A program made the translations under genes and the position numbers. The notes below the pieces were generated by a model. It saw only the letters and a list, made by a program, of their open reading frames with translations. It did not search any database and was not told the origin of the DNA. Source: a virus (Duplodnaviria; Caudoviricetes). From it: a DNA stretch of 57,107 nt. Every line of letters starts with the position of its first letter. Within the stretch, counting starts at the first letter, position 1. The DNA lies in the IMG/VR virus record IMGVR_UViG_3300021407_000002, positions 1-57,107 of that record; one strand, given 5' to 3'. Positions 55,163 through 57,107 of the stretch are shown here, one piece after another.

Positions 55163-56247
55163 CGGTAGTGCAGCGCCCTGGACAGAACGTAGTTGATGTC
55201 GCCCACCGTGGGCAGCTCACCCACCTGCAAGATGACGTCGTCGGCTGGTAGATCGATCTTGTGCGTGCGCACGCCCGAGGCGATCGACACGGCTTCCCAT
55301 ATCCAGTTGATCGCAATGGTGCCGCCTGGCACGCCCTCGCGGAACAGCATGTCCGCCAGCTCATCGGCGATAGCCCGCTCAGTGTCCTCGTTGCGTGGCA
55401 CCAGGTCGCGCACCACGACATCGATCGGCCTGGCCACTGGTGCATACACGAACAGCTCAGCAGTGACCGGGCGCAGCGGTTCGATGTATGCCAGCAGTGC
55501 CCTCGCGTCCGCCTCGGTCGGAATGCCGCCAGGATAGGTGTCGTCCATCGCGAAGCGGACCACGACCGTGCCGGTGCCCTGTTCCCGTGGAAATACCCAG
55601 GCCCTAGTAACGCCTGGGAATTCCAGTGCCCAGCGGACATAATCGGACTCAGCTCCACCCTGGGGCGGACGTTGGATGCGGTCGAGAATGCGCGACCGCC
55701 ACGCCTCTTGCTGTTCCTGATCAGTGCCCCCGATCATCAATGCAGGCACCACCGCACCGACGATGCCGCCGATCGAATTGACGGTGTTCAGTTGGGTGCC
55801 TGCCACCAGGTTGCCGGCCACACCTGGCAGCTCGGCCCTGATCGGCGCCGAGAGCTGCGGGCCTACTGGCACGCCGACCGCCGTGGTGCGCACTTGGATG
55901 CCGGTCTCAGTCGCAAACAATGACCCGGAGGGCAGAGCTGCCGGGCCGCTGGTCGAGGCCAGCAGGGTGCCGGTGGACCGCTGCGCGTCCTTGCGCGGCA
56001 CTCTCCATTCAGATCCGTGGCGGCCGAGGCCGACGCCGGTCGCAGTGGTGACGTGTATTTGCCGGGCAGCATGGTCGATCGCGTCGAGCTGCTCGTCTGC
56101 CAGGCCAGCGGCAGAGATCGCCAGCACGTCGAGGTTGCTTTGCGCCAGCCTGGCATTCGCGCCGGGAAGGTTGGCCTCGATGTCAGCTTGTGCCTGTTCG
56201 ATCAGCTCAGGCAACGTGCGACGAAAGAAACCATTACCGGCCGGCAT
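55159..56247 (-). CDS. Baseplate J-like protein (Mu gp47)
   Basis: PPQGGAESDYVRWALEFPGVTRAWV..GTGTV. Confidence 0.93.
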   Translation of the reverse strand: MPAGNGFFRRTLPELIEQAQADIEANLPGANARLAQSNLDVLAISAAGLADEQLDAIDHAARQIHVTTATGVGLGRHGSEWRVPRKDAQRSTGTLLASTSGPAALPSGSLFATETGIQVRTTAVGVPVGPQLSAPIRAELPGVAGNLVAGTQLNTVNSIGGIVGAVVPALMIGGTDQEQQEAWRSRILDRIQRPPQGGAESDYVRWALEFPGVTRAWVFPREQGTGTVVVRFAMDDTYPGGIPTEADARALLAYIEPLRPVTAELFVYAPVARPIDVVVRDLVPRNEDTERAIADELADMLFREGVPGGTIAINWIWEAVSIASGVRTHKIDLPADDVILQVGELPTVGDINYVLSRALHYR

Positions 56248-56723
56248 CAGATGATGACCCCCGAAATGCGGTCCATGCCCACGAGCTGCCCCCAGGCAAG
56301 AGCGAAGCGCCAGCCGACCCTGCTGCCAGGTGGAGAGACGATGACAAGGGTCAATTCCAGCCGCCCGGGGCCGGTCCAGACTGCCGCGATATCAATCCGC
56401 GATGCCACGCCCTCGCGGATCATCCATTCAGTCGCTTCCCGCGCATACTGCTCGGCCCTGATGCGGGTCAATTCCGTTTCTTTTTCGCGCGACAGCAGCC
56501 AGAGCCGTGAGCCGAGCGGGTATTTTCGATACGCATCTGCCCACCAGCCTCGGCGGCCGCCGCCATCTGGTGGCACGTCGTCGTCGTGCGCCGTGCGATC
56601 GGTGCCGAGCGACAGCATGACTGCCGTGGCCAGGTCCTGATCCGAGCGCAGCACGCCAGCAGGCAGCAGCTCGTAATCCCCACGACCGACCGCCTCGCTC
56701 CACACCGTGGCAATGTCGACCAT
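56247..56723 (-). CDS. Mu gp46-like baseplate protein
   Basis: LATAVMLSLGTDR..RRGWWAD..GSRLWLLSREK. Confidence 0.92.
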   Translation of the reverse strand: MVDIATVWSEAVGRGDYELLPAGVLRSDQDLATAVMLSLGTDRTAHDDDVPPDGGGRRGWWADAYRKYPLGSRLWLLSREKETELTRIRAEQYAREATEWMIREGVASRIDIAAVWTGPGRLELTLVIVSPPGSRVGWRFALAWGQLVGMDRISGVII

Positions 56724-57107
56724 CAGGGCGCCAACACGCCGAATTCGATGGGCGGTTCAGATGTCACCCGCGCGCCCCGGAGATTGGTCTCACCTGTCGC
56801 GGTGATGGTGGCATCAGTGCCCGCCGTGGCCTCGATAGTTTCGTCAGCCTCAATGATGACCCGCCTGGCCTTGATCACCAGGTCGCCCTCGTTGGTCAGC
56901 CGCACGGTCACGTTCTGATCGTTGTAAAGGATGACCTCGCCGCTATTGAGGCCAGCCGGGCGCGATCCACGATCGTTGACTGACACCACGACGCCCTGGT
57001 CACGGTTGCCTCCCAGGAACGCCACCAGGGTGTCGCCGCCAGCAGGGGGCACAGATGACAGCCCGTATGTCTGGAACCGTTCCACGCCGTCTGCTACCTC
57101 GCCAGCG
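56723..57107 (-). CDS. Baseplate spike (Mu gp45-like), 3' part
   Basis: FQTYGLSSVPP..GGNRDQGVV..LNSGEVILY. Confidence 0.9.
   Translation of the reverse strand, partial: AGEVADGVERFQTYGLSSVPPAGGDTLVAFLGGNRDQGVVVSVNDRGSRPAGLNSGEVILYNDQNVTVRLTNEGDLVIKARRVIIEADETIEATAGTDATITATGETNLRGARVTSEPPIEFGVLAP
56981..57107. repeat. Terminal direct repeat, copy 2
   Basis: Identical to 1-127. Confidence 0.97.

Noticed and set aside
56981-57107. 127-bp terminal repeat as a biological DTR
   Set aside because: It falls mid-gene and 127 is a common assembler k-mer length; HNH plus P27-type terS suggests cos packaging instead.

Overview
The window is a complete, circularly permuted temperate phage genome of about 56,980 bp. 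Bases 1-127 are identical to 56981-57107, and the baseplate-spike gene runs across that junction. It is high-GC and probably infects an alphaproteobacterium (inferred from gene content). It pairs an HK97-type head (protease, capsid, portal, P27-type terS, terL, HNH) with a Mu-like contractile tail (gp37-gp49 homologs). It also carries a P4-type tyrosine integrase with a tRNA-Leu-like attP candidate, a cI/cro switch with a recurring CTTGCA-N5-TGCAAG operator, RecT/Gp157 recombination genes and a replication module. Unusual points: terminase genes sit at the far end of the late operon, about 25 kb from the portal. Three tandem collagen-containing fibre paralogs lie between portal and neck. A ParB-linked TET-associated-type glycosyltransferase is fused to an FkbM methyltransferase, with no TET gene visible. 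A chromosomal-type parS site co-occurs with three ParB-fold genes. An exact 22-bp direct repeat brackets the integrase. An Acb2/Tad1-like hairpin protein sits in the tail operon, a PEP-CTERM moron lies next to attP, and the Mu gp43 homolog is frameshift-split. All family calls come from motif recognition by eye, not database searches.
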